64,000 bases of DNA from the NCBI GenBank assembly GCA_005887895.1, contig VBPC01000164.1, forward strand, positions 3,512 through 67,511. Direction: 5' to 3'. This document shows, piece by piece, positions 9,788 through 18,410 of this stretch. The position numbers and the translations under genes are program-made. The notes beneath the pieces are model-generated. The model saw only the letters and a program-made list of their open reading frames with translations. It had not been told where the DNA came from and ran no database searches. This stretch comes from Candidatus Rokuibacteriota bacterium (GTDB taxonomy: Bacteria > Methylomirabilota > Methylomirabilia > Rokubacteriales > CSP1-6). Each line of letters starts with the position of its first letter. The stretch's first letter is position 1.

Positions 9788-10182
9788 GCGCGCCCTCGCC
9801 GGTCGAGCGGCTCGTCGCGCGCGTGCTCCTCTGGGGCGGGCTGCTCAGCATCTCCCTGGTGCTGGCCGGGCTCGTGTTCTACGCGATCGCCGGTCACCCG
9901 AATGCGCGCGAGATCGTCCGCGTCGTCCACAACCGCGACGTCGGACGCTCGGTCGACGTCTTCGCGTCGCTCGGCGACGTCCGCCGCGCGCTCGCCCAGC
10001 GGCCGCCCGATCCCCTGGCCATCACCGCGCTCGGCCTCGTCTGCCTGCTGGTCACGCCGGCGCTCGGCGTGGCAGCCGCTCTCGTCGCGTTCTGGCGCGC
10101 CGGCGACCGTCTCTACGCCGGCATCGCCGCCGGCGTGCTGGGCATGCTGGTGCTCAGCTTCGCTCTCGCCGCCGGCGGCTGA
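9784..10182 (+). CDS. DUF1634 domain membrane protein (usual partner of DUF81/TauE)
   Basis: 132 aa with multiple TM segments. ATGA overlap with the TauE stop. Confidence 0.65.
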   Translation: MSAPSPVERLVARVLLWGGLLSISLVLAGLVFYAIAGHPNAREIVRVVHNRDVGRSVDVFASLGDVRRALAQRPPDPLAITALGLVCLLVTPALGVAAALVAFWRAGDRLYAGIAAGVLGMLVLSFALAAGG

Positions 10183-10191
10183 GCGTCGCGA

Positions 10192-11915
10192 TCAGCGGAT
10201 CGGGATGTCCAGCCTCACGTTCGAGATCTCGGTCACCGACGGAATGCGACTGGGCGTGATGTAGGGGCTGTCGACGTTGGTGATCTCGAGGCGAAGCCTG
10301 TCGGCGGTCGATGCGTGCCACACGTTGCCATGGCTGACGATGGTGATCGTCGCCTGGCCGATCGGAGTCGCCGGGCTGCCGGTATCCACGGTGTAGGTGC
10401 CACGGGTCACGAGCTGGGGGGCTCCCGCGGGCGTCACGTCGAAGAGGCGAACGTCGAGCTGCACGCGGTAGGCCGTGGTGAAGGCGTCGACGGTGACCGT
10501 CGGCTGGCCCGCCACCATCAGACCGTCTGCGCTCCGCGCGAGTCGCCCCACCGGAACCTCGTAGGCGGCGACATCGCCGGGCACTTCATCAGAGGGCGGA
10601 GCCGGCGGGTTCACCCCAAGCTCCTGCGCGCTCAGCAACACCACCGGATCCCACTGGAACCCACTCGTGTTCCCCGGATTGAAGGTCAGGACGTTCACTC
10701 CCTTGAACGTCTGGCTGACGTGACCCGTGGCAAGCCCCTCGTAGGTGTCCACCTCGATCACGTCGGCGGGGTCGAACGGAGTCTCGTAGGACCGGGTGAT
10801 CGCCGCGCGGACATCGAGCGCCGGCGCCGTGCCGACGCCTCTCAAGAAGTAATCCAGCCATTCGACAATCGCGTCGACGACGTAGCTGACTTCGCCGGTC
10901 TTGTTCGCCGCCCGCGGGTGACCGACATCGCCGAAGTAGGACGCAATGGGATAGTTCGGGTCGACCGCCCGCAGCGCCCGCAGCATTCGAAGCGATTCGT
11001 GAATCGGGAAGAGGTCGTCGGTGAATCCCTGGACCTGAAAGATCGGCAGCTGCGGCGCGCCGGCCGCCGCGCTGGCCTTCACCCGGTCCCAGAACGGATA
11101 TTGCCAGTACATCGAGCGATATCCCTGGATCCCGTCGACGATCGGTTGCCAGATGGGGAGGTCGTAGTTTGGTTCGGTCCCGTTGACGGTCGCATTCCAC
11201 ACGAACAGGTACGGGGGATAGTTCGAGTACGGTCGCGCCTGCGAAGGCTCACGGAAGCCGGTCAGGAACAGGCCGTTGAGGTAGCTGAGCTTGACGCTTC
11301 CCGCCGGTGTGGTGGCCTCGTTCGGCCGGCCGTTGGGAATCAGCGAGTAGAGCAGGTCGCTTCCAGCCGCCACCGGAACGACGGTCCGGATCTGCACCGT
11401 CTTCCCGGCGGGAGTCGTGAACGTCGGCTGAACCGCCGCCAGCCAGGCGTGAGCGCCGCCATACGAAGCTCCCATGACCGCGACGGCTCCCGCGTCTGCC
11501 TGCAAGCGCTCATCGTCGACGACCTGAGCGATCATGCTTCGCAGGTCGGCGAGCTCCAGGTTCACGTCGCCGAAGTTGGTCTGGCCCCACGATTTCCCGA
11601 AGCCGCGCGTCGAGTAGCGCAGATATGTGTACCCGCCGCCGTGCCTCGCTCCGGTCGCGTCGGGCTTCCCGGCGCCCGCGAGATCGTCGTCGTATTGCCG
11701 TCCGGCGCTCTTGCTGCCGCCCCAGCCGTGGACGTACACGATGAGCGGATGCGGGCCGGCGCTCTGGAGGAGAAGACGCCGACCGTGGTCGTGTCGGGCC
11801 CGAACGTCCGTGGCGGCGGCGGCCCGTCCCCCTGAGCCAGCACGGCCGCCACGCCGATCGAGGCAGCCAGGGCGGCGCCGACCACGAGTCGCGTGACGGG
11901 ATTCCGAGGGTTCAT
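10192..11915 (-). CDS. CocE/NonD (S15 X-Pro dipeptidyl-peptidase) family hydrolase; signal-peptide exon is out of frame with the catalytic body
   Basis: Catalytic ORF 10192..11961 has HPLIVYVHGWGG and GASYGG (GxSxG). A start with a strong GAGGAG SD at ATG 11915 encodes MNPRNPVTRLVVGAALAASIGVAAVLAQG, but in a different frame. The two frames must join somewhere in 11760-11835. Confidence 0.7.
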
Positions 11916-11996
11916 GTCGCCAGCTCCTCGCTCGAGGTCTATGCACGGAGGCGGCTTGCAAACCGCGAGCCGCTGGCGTAAGCCAGGAAGGCCAGC

Positions 11997-12863
11997 ATGA
12001 CCACGGCCGTGTTCCGCGGTTACGACCGCCCCGCGCTCGACGCGGAGTACGACAACCGCGCGAAGGTCAAGCGCGCGATGGAGTGGATCGCCCACTACGG
12101 CGCCGAGAGCGCGCGGGCCCGCGCGGAGCTGCCGAACCGCTTCGACGTGCCGTACGGCGCCCATCACGCCGAGCGGCTCGACGTGTTTCCCGCCGTCACG
12201 GCCGCCGTGGCCCCGATCCACGTGTTCTTTCACGGCGGCTACTGGCACCGTCTCGACAAGGCGGACTTCAGCTTCGTCGTGCGCGGGCTGCGACCGACCG
12301 GCGCCGTCACCGTCGTCGCCAACTATGGCCTGGTGCCGAGCGTCGACCTGGACACGCTGGTGGCCCAGTGTCGCTCGGCGGTGGTCTGGGTCCACGGCCA
12401 CGGCCGCGAGTTCGGCGGCGACCCGCGGCGGATCTTCGTCTCCGGGCACTCGGCCGGCGGCCACCTCGTCGCCATGCTGCTCGCCACCGACTGGGCGGCG
12501 CTGGGGGCGCCGGCCGACGTCGTCAAAGGCGGCTGCGCCATCAGCGGGCTCTACGATCTCGAGCCGATCCGGCTCTGCTACCTCAACGACGTGCTGGCGC
12601 TGACGCCGGACGCCGCCCGGCGCAACAGCCCGGTGCTGCTGCCACCGCCGGCGGCGGGCTCGCTGCTCCTCGCCGTCGGCGGCGACGAGGGCCCCGAGTA
12701 CCACCGCCAGACCAACGACCTGGCGGCGGCATGGCGAGGCGGTGGCTGCGCCCTCGAGGTCCTGGACATGGCCGGCCACGATCACTTCTCGATCGCCGGC
12801 GAGCTGGAGTCGCCGGTCAGCCTGCTGGCCCGCGCGATCCAGCGTCAGATGGGCCTCGCCTGA
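11997..12863 (+). CDS. alpha/beta hydrolase (arylformamidase / esterase-like)
   Basis: HVFFHGGYWH and VSGHSAGGHL (GxSxG). AGGAAGG SD. Confidence 0.8.
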   Translation: MTTAVFRGYDRPALDAEYDNRAKVKRAMEWIAHYGAESARARAELPNRFDVPYGAHHAERLDVFPAVTAAVAPIHVFFHGGYWHRLDKADFSFVVRGLRPTGAVTVVANYGLVPSVDLDTLVAQCRSAVVWVHGHGREFGGDPRRIFVSGHSAGGHLVAMLLATDWAALGAPADVVKGGCAISGLYDLEPIRLCYLNDVLALTPDAARRNSPVLLPPPAAGSLLLAVGGDEGPEYHRQTNDLAAAWRGGGCALEVLDMAGHDHFSIAGELESPVSLLARAIQRQMGLA

Positions 12864-12871
12864 GCGTCTGC

Positions 12872-12877
12872 TACAAT
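12872..12877 (+). promoter_or_regulatory. -10-like TACAAT, 23 nt upstream of ATG 12901
   Basis: gctgcTACAATccggccccacGGAGGccatcgcgATG. Confidence 0.35.
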
Positions 12878-12900
12878 CCGGCCCCACGGAGGCCATCGCG

Positions 12901-13035
12901 ATGCCATTCGTCAACATCACGATCTACGAAGGGCACCCCGACGTCTGCCAGCTGCCGCGCGAGGCCGTCTGGGTCGTGTTCAACGAGGTGACGCCGCCCG
13001 ACTGGTACGTGGCCGGCAACCCGGGCAAGAAGTGA
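12901..13035 (+). CDS. 4-oxalocrotonate tautomerase family protein, abnormally short (44 aa)
   Basis: MPFVNITIYEGH (Pro-1, beta-1) and PREAVWVVFNEVTPPDWYVAG (beta-2 plus tail) are present. The helix of about 16 residues that normally lies between them is missing. GGAGG SD. Confidence 0.55.
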   Translation: MPFVNITIYEGHPDVCQLPREAVWVVFNEVTPPDWYVAGNPGKK

Positions 13036-13874
13036 GCGTCGAGTTCGAGCGGCTCGGGACCGGCTTTCTCTTCACCGAGGGGCCGCTCTGGCACCCCGGG
13101 GGCAAGTTCCTGCTGTTCAGCGACATGCCGGGCGATCACCTGCGCCGGTGGGCGGCCCAGGACGGCGTGACCACGTTCCGGAAGCCCTGCAACATGTCCA
13201 ACGGGCTCGCCTACGATCGACAGGGCCGGCTGCTCGCCTGCGAGCACGCCACCAGCCAGGTGACGCGCACCGAGACGGATGGACGGATCGTCCCCATCGC
13301 GACCCATTTCCAGGGCAAGCAGCTCAACAGCCCCAACGACATCGTCTGCAAGTCGGACGGCGCGATCTACTTCTCCGACCCGCCCTACGGCCGCGCCAGG
13401 TTCTTCGGCCTCGAACGGCCGCAGGAGCTGGCCTTCCAGGGCGTGTTCCGCGTCGGCGCCGACCCGAAGTCGCCGGTGGTGCTGGTCGACGACTTCGACC
13501 GGCCCAACGGGCTCTGCTTCTCGCTCGACGAGACGCGGCTGTTCGTCAACGACACCGCCCGCAAGCACATCCGCGTCTTCGACGTGACGTCCACCGGCGG
13601 CCTCGCCCACGGCCGCATCTGGGCGGAGACCAAGGGCGACAAGGCCGGCGCGCCCGACGGCATGAAGATCGACGCGGCCGGCAACGTGTACTGCTGCGGG
13701 CCGGGCGGCATCCACGTGTTCGATCCCAACGGAAGCCTGCTCGAGGTGCTCGAGACGCCCGAGCACACCGCCAACTTCGCCTGGGGCGACGACGACTATC
13801 GCTCGCTGTTCGTCACGGCGTCGACCTCGCTCTACCGCGTGCGTCGCGCGGTGCCCGGACTGCCGGCGTTCTGA
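13032..13874 (+). CDS. SMP-30/gluconolactonase/LRE family protein
   Basis: FTEGPLWHP..., NSPNDIV..., FSDPPYG and RPNGLCFS motifs. Confidence 0.85.
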   Translation: MSVEFERLGTGFLFTEGPLWHPGGKFLLFSDMPGDHLRRWAAQDGVTTFRKPCNMSNGLAYDRQGRLLACEHATSQVTRTETDGRIVPIATHFQGKQLNSPNDIVCKSDGAIYFSDPPYGRARFFGLERPQELAFQGVFRVGADPKSPVVLVDDFDRPNGLCFSLDETRLFVNDTARKHIRVFDVTSTGGLAHGRIWAETKGDKAGAPDGMKIDAAGNVYCCGPGGIHVFDPNGSLLEVLETPEHTANFAWGDDDYRSLFVTASTSLYRVRRAVPGLPAF

Positions 13875-13898
13875 ATCCCGACCGACAAGGAGACCGCC

Positions 13899-15089
13899 AT
13901 GTACCGTCGCACGCTGCTGGTCCTCGTCATCGCCCTCGCCGTCGTGGTGCCGCTCGCGGCCGACGCCCAGAAGCCGATCAAGGTCGGCATGCCCATTCCG
14001 CTCTCGGGCCCACCGGCGCTGTTCGGTGATCCCGCCTCCAAGGGCGCGATGATGTTCGTGGAGGAGACCAACGCCAAGGGCGGCGTGCTGGGCCGCAAGC
14101 TCGAGCTGCTGGTGCGCGACTCCAAGGCCGACGCCAACGAGGCCGTGCGCCAGGCCCGCGAGCTCATCCTCAAGGACAACGTCGACTTCCTGGTCGGCAC
14201 GCTGACGTCCGCCGAGGGCCCGGCGGTGTCCGTCGTGGCCAAGGAGAGCAAGATCGTCTTCATCGCGCCGATCCCGAAGACCGATCAGCTCACCGCCCCC
14301 GACAAGCTCCACCCCTACATCTTCCGCACCGCCGCCAACACCACGATCGAAGGCCGCAGCGCCGCCGAGATCGTGGCGAAGTGGCCGGTCACGCGGGTGG
14401 CCACGATGAGCTTCGACTATGCGTACGGCCAGGACGTCACCCGGGCGTTCGTCGAGCACCTCAAGAAGATCAAGCCGAGCGTGCAGATCGTCGACCAGCA
14501 GTGGCCGAAGCTCGGCGAGCAGGACTACAACCCCTTCATCAACGCCCAGATGGCCAAGAAGCCGGAGGCGATCTTCTCGTCCATCTGGGGCGGCTTCTTC
14601 GTGACGTACTCCAAGCAGGCCAAGGCGCTCGGCGTCTTCGACACGGTGAAGTACAACTTCATCGGCGTCGGCGAGGCCGCCACGCCGGAGACGACCAAGT
14701 CGATGGGGGCCGACTATCCGGTCGGGATCTGGGGCAACTCCTACGACGCCTTCTACTGGGGCGAGACGGCGGCGCATCGCGACTACACGGCGCGGCTGTC
14801 GAAGTACCTCAAGGACGAATACCCGTCGTCGTGGGCCATCCAGGGCTACACCGGCATGCAGTTCCTGGTCGAGGCGATCAAGAAGGCCAACAGCACGGAC
14901 TCCGACAAGGTCGCCAAGGCGCTGCTGGGCCTGACGATCGAGACGCCGATCGGGCCGCAGACGATCCGCGAGAAGGACCACCAGGCGAACCGGGGACAGC
15001 TCTACGGCAAGACCGCGATGGATCCGAAGTATCCGTTCCCGATCATGAAGCCCGTGACGTACGTCGACCCGACGAAGTTCATGGATTAG
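13899..15089 (+). CDS. ABC transporter substrate-binding protein (branched-chain amino acid / LivK-type, family 4)
   Basis: Signal peptide, then KVGMPIPLSGPPALFG, typical of Leu/Ile/Val-binding-protein family members. Confidence 0.85.
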   Translation: MYRRTLLVLVIALAVVVPLAADAQKPIKVGMPIPLSGPPALFGDPASKGAMMFVEETNAKGGVLGRKLELLVRDSKADANEAVRQARELILKDNVDFLVGTLTSAEGPAVSVVAKESKIVFIAPIPKTDQLTAPDKLHPYIFRTAANTTIEGRSAAEIVAKWPVTRVATMSFDYAYGQDVTRAFVEHLKKIKPSVQIVDQQWPKLGEQDYNPFINAQMAKKPEAIFSSIWGGFFVTYSKQAKALGVFDTVKYNFIGVGEAATPETTKSMGADYPVGIWGNSYDAFYWGETAAHRDYTARLSKYLKDEYPSSWAIQGYTGMQFLVEAIKKANSTDSDKVAKALLGLTIETPIGPQTIREKDHQANRGQLYGKTAMDPKYPFPIMKPVTYVDPTKFMD

Positions 15090-15090
15090 A

Positions 15091-15975
15091 TTGCCTGATC
15101 CGTCGTTCGTCTTCGCGCAGTCGATCAGCGGCCTCACGGCCGCGATGTTCCTGTTCCTGATCGCCTCGGGGCTGTCGCTGATCTTCGGCGTGCTGCGCGT
15201 GCTGAACTTCGCCCACGGCACGTTCTACATGCTGGGGGCCTACGCGGCCTACCAGCTCGTGCAGTGGCTCGGCGTCGGCCCCGGGCGGTTCTGGCTGGCC
15301 GCCCTCGGCGCCGCCGCCGCCGTGGCCGCGCTGGGCGGCCTCATCGAGCGCGTCCTCTTCCGGCACCTCTACGGCAAGGAAGAGCTCTACCAGCTGCTGT
15401 TCACGTACGCCCTCGTGCTGGTCCTCAGCGACTCGGCCAAGATGGTGTGGGGCACCCAGCAGAAGTCGGTCAGTCGGCCGCCCGAGCTCACCGGGTCGTT
15501 CTCGGTGTTCGGCGCGACGATCCCTTCCTACAACCTGCTGATCCTCCTGCTGGGCCCGGCCATCGCGCTGGCCTTCTGGTTCGTGCTGCAGCGCACGCGG
15601 GTCGGACGCTTCATCCGCGCCGCCGCGCTCGATCGCGAGACGCTCGGCGCGCTCGGCGTCAACGTGAGTGCGCTCTACACCTGGGTCTTCGTGCTGGCCT
15701 CGTTCCTGGGCGGCCTCGGCGGCGCGCTCATCAGCCCGATGCGGGCCACCACGCCCGGGATGGACACCGAGGTCATCGTGGAGGCGTTCGTCGTGGTGGT
15801 CATCGGCGGCCTCGGCTCGTTCTGGGGCACCTTCCTGGGCGCGCTCATCTACGGCCAGGTGCTCTCGTTCGGCATCCTCCTGTTCCCGCGCTTCTCGATC
15901 TTCGCCGTCTTCGCGCTGATGGCGGCGGTGCTCATCGTGCGGCCGTGGGGGCTGCTCGGGCGCCCGCTGCGATGA
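15091..15975 (+). CDS. livH: branched-chain amino acid ABC transporter permease (LivH-type)
   Basis: ...SGLSLIFGVLRVLNFAHG... TTG start at 15091. Confidence 0.8.
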   Translation: MPDPSFVFAQSISGLTAAMFLFLIASGLSLIFGVLRVLNFAHGTFYMLGAYAAYQLVQWLGVGPGRFWLAALGAAAAVAALGGLIERVLFRHLYGKEELYQLLFTYALVLVLSDSAKMVWGTQQKSVSRPPELTGSFSVFGATIPSYNLLILLLGPAIALAFWFVLQRTRVGRFIRAAALDRETLGALGVNVSALYTWVFVLASFLGGLGGALISPMRATTPGMDTEVIVEAFVVVVIGGLGSFWGTFLGALIYGQVLSFGILLFPRFSIFAVFALMAAVLIVRPWGLLGRPLR

Positions 15976-16829
15976 GGCGCGTGCCCTGGGCGCCGCTCGC
16001 GCTGGTGGCCGCGCTGCTGGTGCCGGCCGCCGGCTCGCGCTTCTACACGTTCGTGGCCAACGACGTGGTCATCTGGGCGCTCTTCGCCACCAGCCTCAAC
16101 CTGCTGGTCGGCTACAGCGGCCTCGTCTCCTTCGGCCACGCGGCCTACTTCGGCATCGGCGCCTACACGACCGGGCTGCTCATGAAGAAGGCCGCCCTGC
16201 CCTTCCTGCTGGCCTTTCCCGCCGCCGGCGTGCTGGCCGGCGCCTTCGCGCTGCTCTTCGGCGTCTTCTGCGTGCGGCTCACACGCATCTACTTCGCGAT
16301 GCTCACGCTGGCGTTCGCGCAGTTCCTCTACACGGTCGCGTACAAGTGGCGCGACCTCACCGGCGGATCGGACGGCATCGCGTGCGTGCCGAAGACCGCG
16401 CTCTTCTGGGGCGGTCCGAGCCTCGCGACCCCGCGCGCGTTCTACTTCGTCGTCGCGGTGAGCCTCATCGGCGTCAACGTGCGGCGCTACGAGCTGGCCG
16501 CGTTCGTCCTGGCCGGCGCCTTCGCGGGCCTGGCCGGCGGCCTCTTCGGCATCTTCAACCGCGGCGTGTTCCCCGACTTCGCTTACTGGACCAAGTCGTC
16601 CGAGGTCCTCATCATGACCCTCCTCGGCGGCATGGGGACGTTCTACGGGCCGACCGTCGGCGCCCTGGCGCTGATCCTCCTGAATCAGCAGATCACGTCG
16701 TACACCGAGTACTGGCCGTTCGTGCTCGGCAGCATCCTCGTCGCGCTGCTGTTCGGCTTCCCCGGTGGCCTGGCCGGCGCGGCCATCGTGCTGTGGGCGC
16801 GCGCGCGGGGGAGGCTGCGGAGTGCTTGA
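15972..16829 (+). CDS. livM: branched-chain amino acid ABC transporter permease (LivM-type), apparently carrying an in-frame internal deletion
   Basis: NLLVGYSGLVSFGHAAYFGIGAY and LAAFVLAGAFAGLAGGLFG are present. The conserved SPFGRA..AIRE.E loop of about 32 residues between FYFVVAVSLIG and VNVRRYEL is absent. Confidence 0.75.
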   Translation: MRRVPWAPLALVAALLVPAAGSRFYTFVANDVVIWALFATSLNLLVGYSGLVSFGHAAYFGIGAYTTGLLMKKAALPFLLAFPAAGVLAGAFALLFGVFCVRLTRIYFAMLTLAFAQFLYTVAYKWRDLTGGSDGIACVPKTALFWGGPSLATPRAFYFVVAVSLIGVNVRRYELAAFVLAGAFAGLAGGLFGIFNRGVFPDFAYWTKSSEVLIMTLLGGMGTFYGPTVGALALILLNQQITSYTEYWPFVLGSILVALLFGFPGGLAGAAIVLWARARGRLRSA

Positions 16830-17559
16830 GGTCCGCGATCTCACCAAGAGCTTCGACGGCTTCGTGGCCGTCTCCGGCGTGACGTTCGGCGTGCCGCGCG
16901 GCGCGATCAGCGCCATCATCGGACCCAACGGCGCCGGCAAGACCACGCTCTTCAACCTGATCACCGGGCACCTGCGTCCCGATCGGGGGCACGTCACGCT
17001 CAACGGCCGCGACGTCACGCACGTGGCGCCGCACGATCTCTGCCGGCTGGGCGTCGGGCGGTCCTTCCAGCGCACCAACATCTTCCCGCGGCTGACCGTG
17101 TTCGAGAACGTGCAGGCGGCGTTCATCTGCCATCGCGGCGGCGGCTGGAACCTGCTGGCGGCCGGCGATGGCGTCCATCGCGACGAGACGGCGGCGCTGC
17201 TGGAGTCGGTGGGGCTGGCCGGCCGCGCCGGCGAGGTCGCCGGCTTCCTCTCGCACGGCGGCCAGAAGCAGCTCGAGCTGGGACTCGCGCTGGCGCTCGA
17301 GCCCGAGATCCTCCTGCTCGACGAGCCGACGGCAGGGATGTCGGCGGCGGAGACGCGCGAATCGATCCGCCTGATCGAGCGCATCGTCCGCGAGCGCGGG
17401 CTCACGCTGCTGTTCACCGAGCACGACATGGAGGTCGTCTTCTCGATCGCCCAGCGCCTGACCGTCCTGCACCAGGGCCGGGTCATCGCCGACGGGGCTC
17501 CCGACGAGGTGCGGCGCGACACCGAGGTGCGCCGGGTCTATCTCGGTGAGCGGCACTGA
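16822..17559 (+). CDS. livG: ABC transporter ATP-binding protein (LivG-type)
   Basis: Walker A GPNGAGKTT, signature LSHGGQKQ, Walker B LLLLDEPT. GTG 16822 follows GGGGGAGG. Confidence 0.85.
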   Translation: MLEVRDLTKSFDGFVAVSGVTFGVPRGAISAIIGPNGAGKTTLFNLITGHLRPDRGHVTLNGRDVTHVAPHDLCRLGVGRSFQRTNIFPRLTVFENVQAAFICHRGGGWNLLAAGDGVHRDETAALLESVGLAGRAGEVAGFLSHGGQKQLELGLALALEPEILLLDEPTAGMSAAETRESIRLIERIVRERGLTLLFTEHDMEVVFSIAQRLTVLHQGRVIADGAPDEVRRDTEVRRVYLGERH

Positions 17560-18317
17560 TGGCCGCGCCGATCCTCGCCGTCGCCGACCTGCACACCGCC
17601 TACGGGCTCTCGCGCGTGCTGTTCGGCGTGTCGCTCGAGGTCGCCGCCGGGGAGTGCGTCTGCCTGCTCGGCCGCAACGGCGTCGGCAAGACGACGACGA
17701 TGCGCTCGATCATGGGGCTGACAACGCCGGCGCGCGGGCGCATCACCTGGCGCGGCGCGGACATCACGGGCTGGCCGGCCTATCGGGTCGCCCAGGCCGG
17801 GCTCGGCTTCGTGCCCGAGGACCGACGGATCTTCGCGGACCTCACCGTGTGGGAGAACCTCGACGTCGCGGCCAAGCAACGGAGCCGGCTCGCTCCTCGA
17901 ACAGGCCACCCACGTCCCGAGCCGGCCTCGCCGTCCCCGCTACAATGGACCGGGGAGCGCGTGTTCGATCTGTTTCCGCGGCTCCGCGACCTGGCCGGCC
18001 GTCAGGGCGGCTTCCTCTCCGGTGGCGAGCAGCAGATGCTGACGATCGCCCGCACGCTGATGGGCAACCCCGAGCTGCTCCTGCTCGACGAGCCCTCCGA
18101 GGGCCTGGCGCCGCTCGTCGTCGATCACCTGCGCGATCAGATCGCGCAGCTCAAGCGCGAAGGGCTGACGATCCTGCTGGCCGAGCAGAACACCGAGTTC
18201 TCGCTGGCGCTGGCCGACCGCGTCTACGTCCTCGAGAAGGGCGCCATCCGCTTCAGCGGCCCCGCCGCCCGCCTCCGCGACGACGAGACGCTCCGCCACG
18301 ACCTCCTGGCACTGTAG
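17559..18317 (+). CDS. livF: ABC transporter ATP-binding protein (LivF-type) with a Pro-rich insertion of about 15 residues
   Basis: Walker A GRNGVGKTT, signature LSGGEQQM, Walker B LLLLDEPS. Confidence 0.85.
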   Translation: MAAPILAVADLHTAYGLSRVLFGVSLEVAAGECVCLLGRNGVGKTTTMRSIMGLTTPARGRITWRGADITGWPAYRVAQAGLGFVPEDRRIFADLTVWENLDVAAKQRSRLAPRTGHPRPEPASPSPLQWTGERVFDLFPRLRDLAGRQGGFLSGGEQQMLTIARTLMGNPELLLLDEPSEGLAPLVVDHLRDQIAQLKREGLTILLAEQNTEFSLALADRVYVLEKGAIRFSGPAARLRDDETLRHDLLAL

Positions 18318-18336
18318 GGAGCGCCAGGAAATCGAC

Positions 18337-18405
18337 GCGCGCCCCGGCTCCGCCGGGGCGCGACGAGCGTGTGGGGGGGGTTGGGGGCCATCTCGGGGCC
18401 CCCCA
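18337..18405 (+). repeat. REP-like intergenic element, copy A (two GC-rich hairpins)
   Basis: gcgcGCCCCGGctccgCCGGGGCgcgacgagcgtgtggggggggttgggggccatctcggggcccccca. About 90% identical to the reverse complement of 21613-21681. It lies between the convergent livF and poxB ends. Confidence 0.8.
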
Positions 18406-18410
18406 TCTAA

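Noticed and set aside
8815-10182. 455-aa ORF spanning the TauE region as a single gene.
   Set aside because: Only its first ~120 nt after 9040 (TauE N-terminus) and its last 399 nt (DUF1634) look like real protein. The middle is an Arg/Ala-rich out-of-frame reading of TauE.
18224-18406. Two small ORFs with similar N-termini: MGGPEMAPNPPHTLVAPRRSRGA... (18224-18406, minus) and MGGPDMAPHTPQMLVAPRRSRGA... (21612-21878, plus). They could be mistaken for a duplicated small gene.
   Set aside because: The similarity is confined to the 69-nt REP-like repeat and stops where the repeat stops. No SD is present, and the ORFs run into neighbouring genes.
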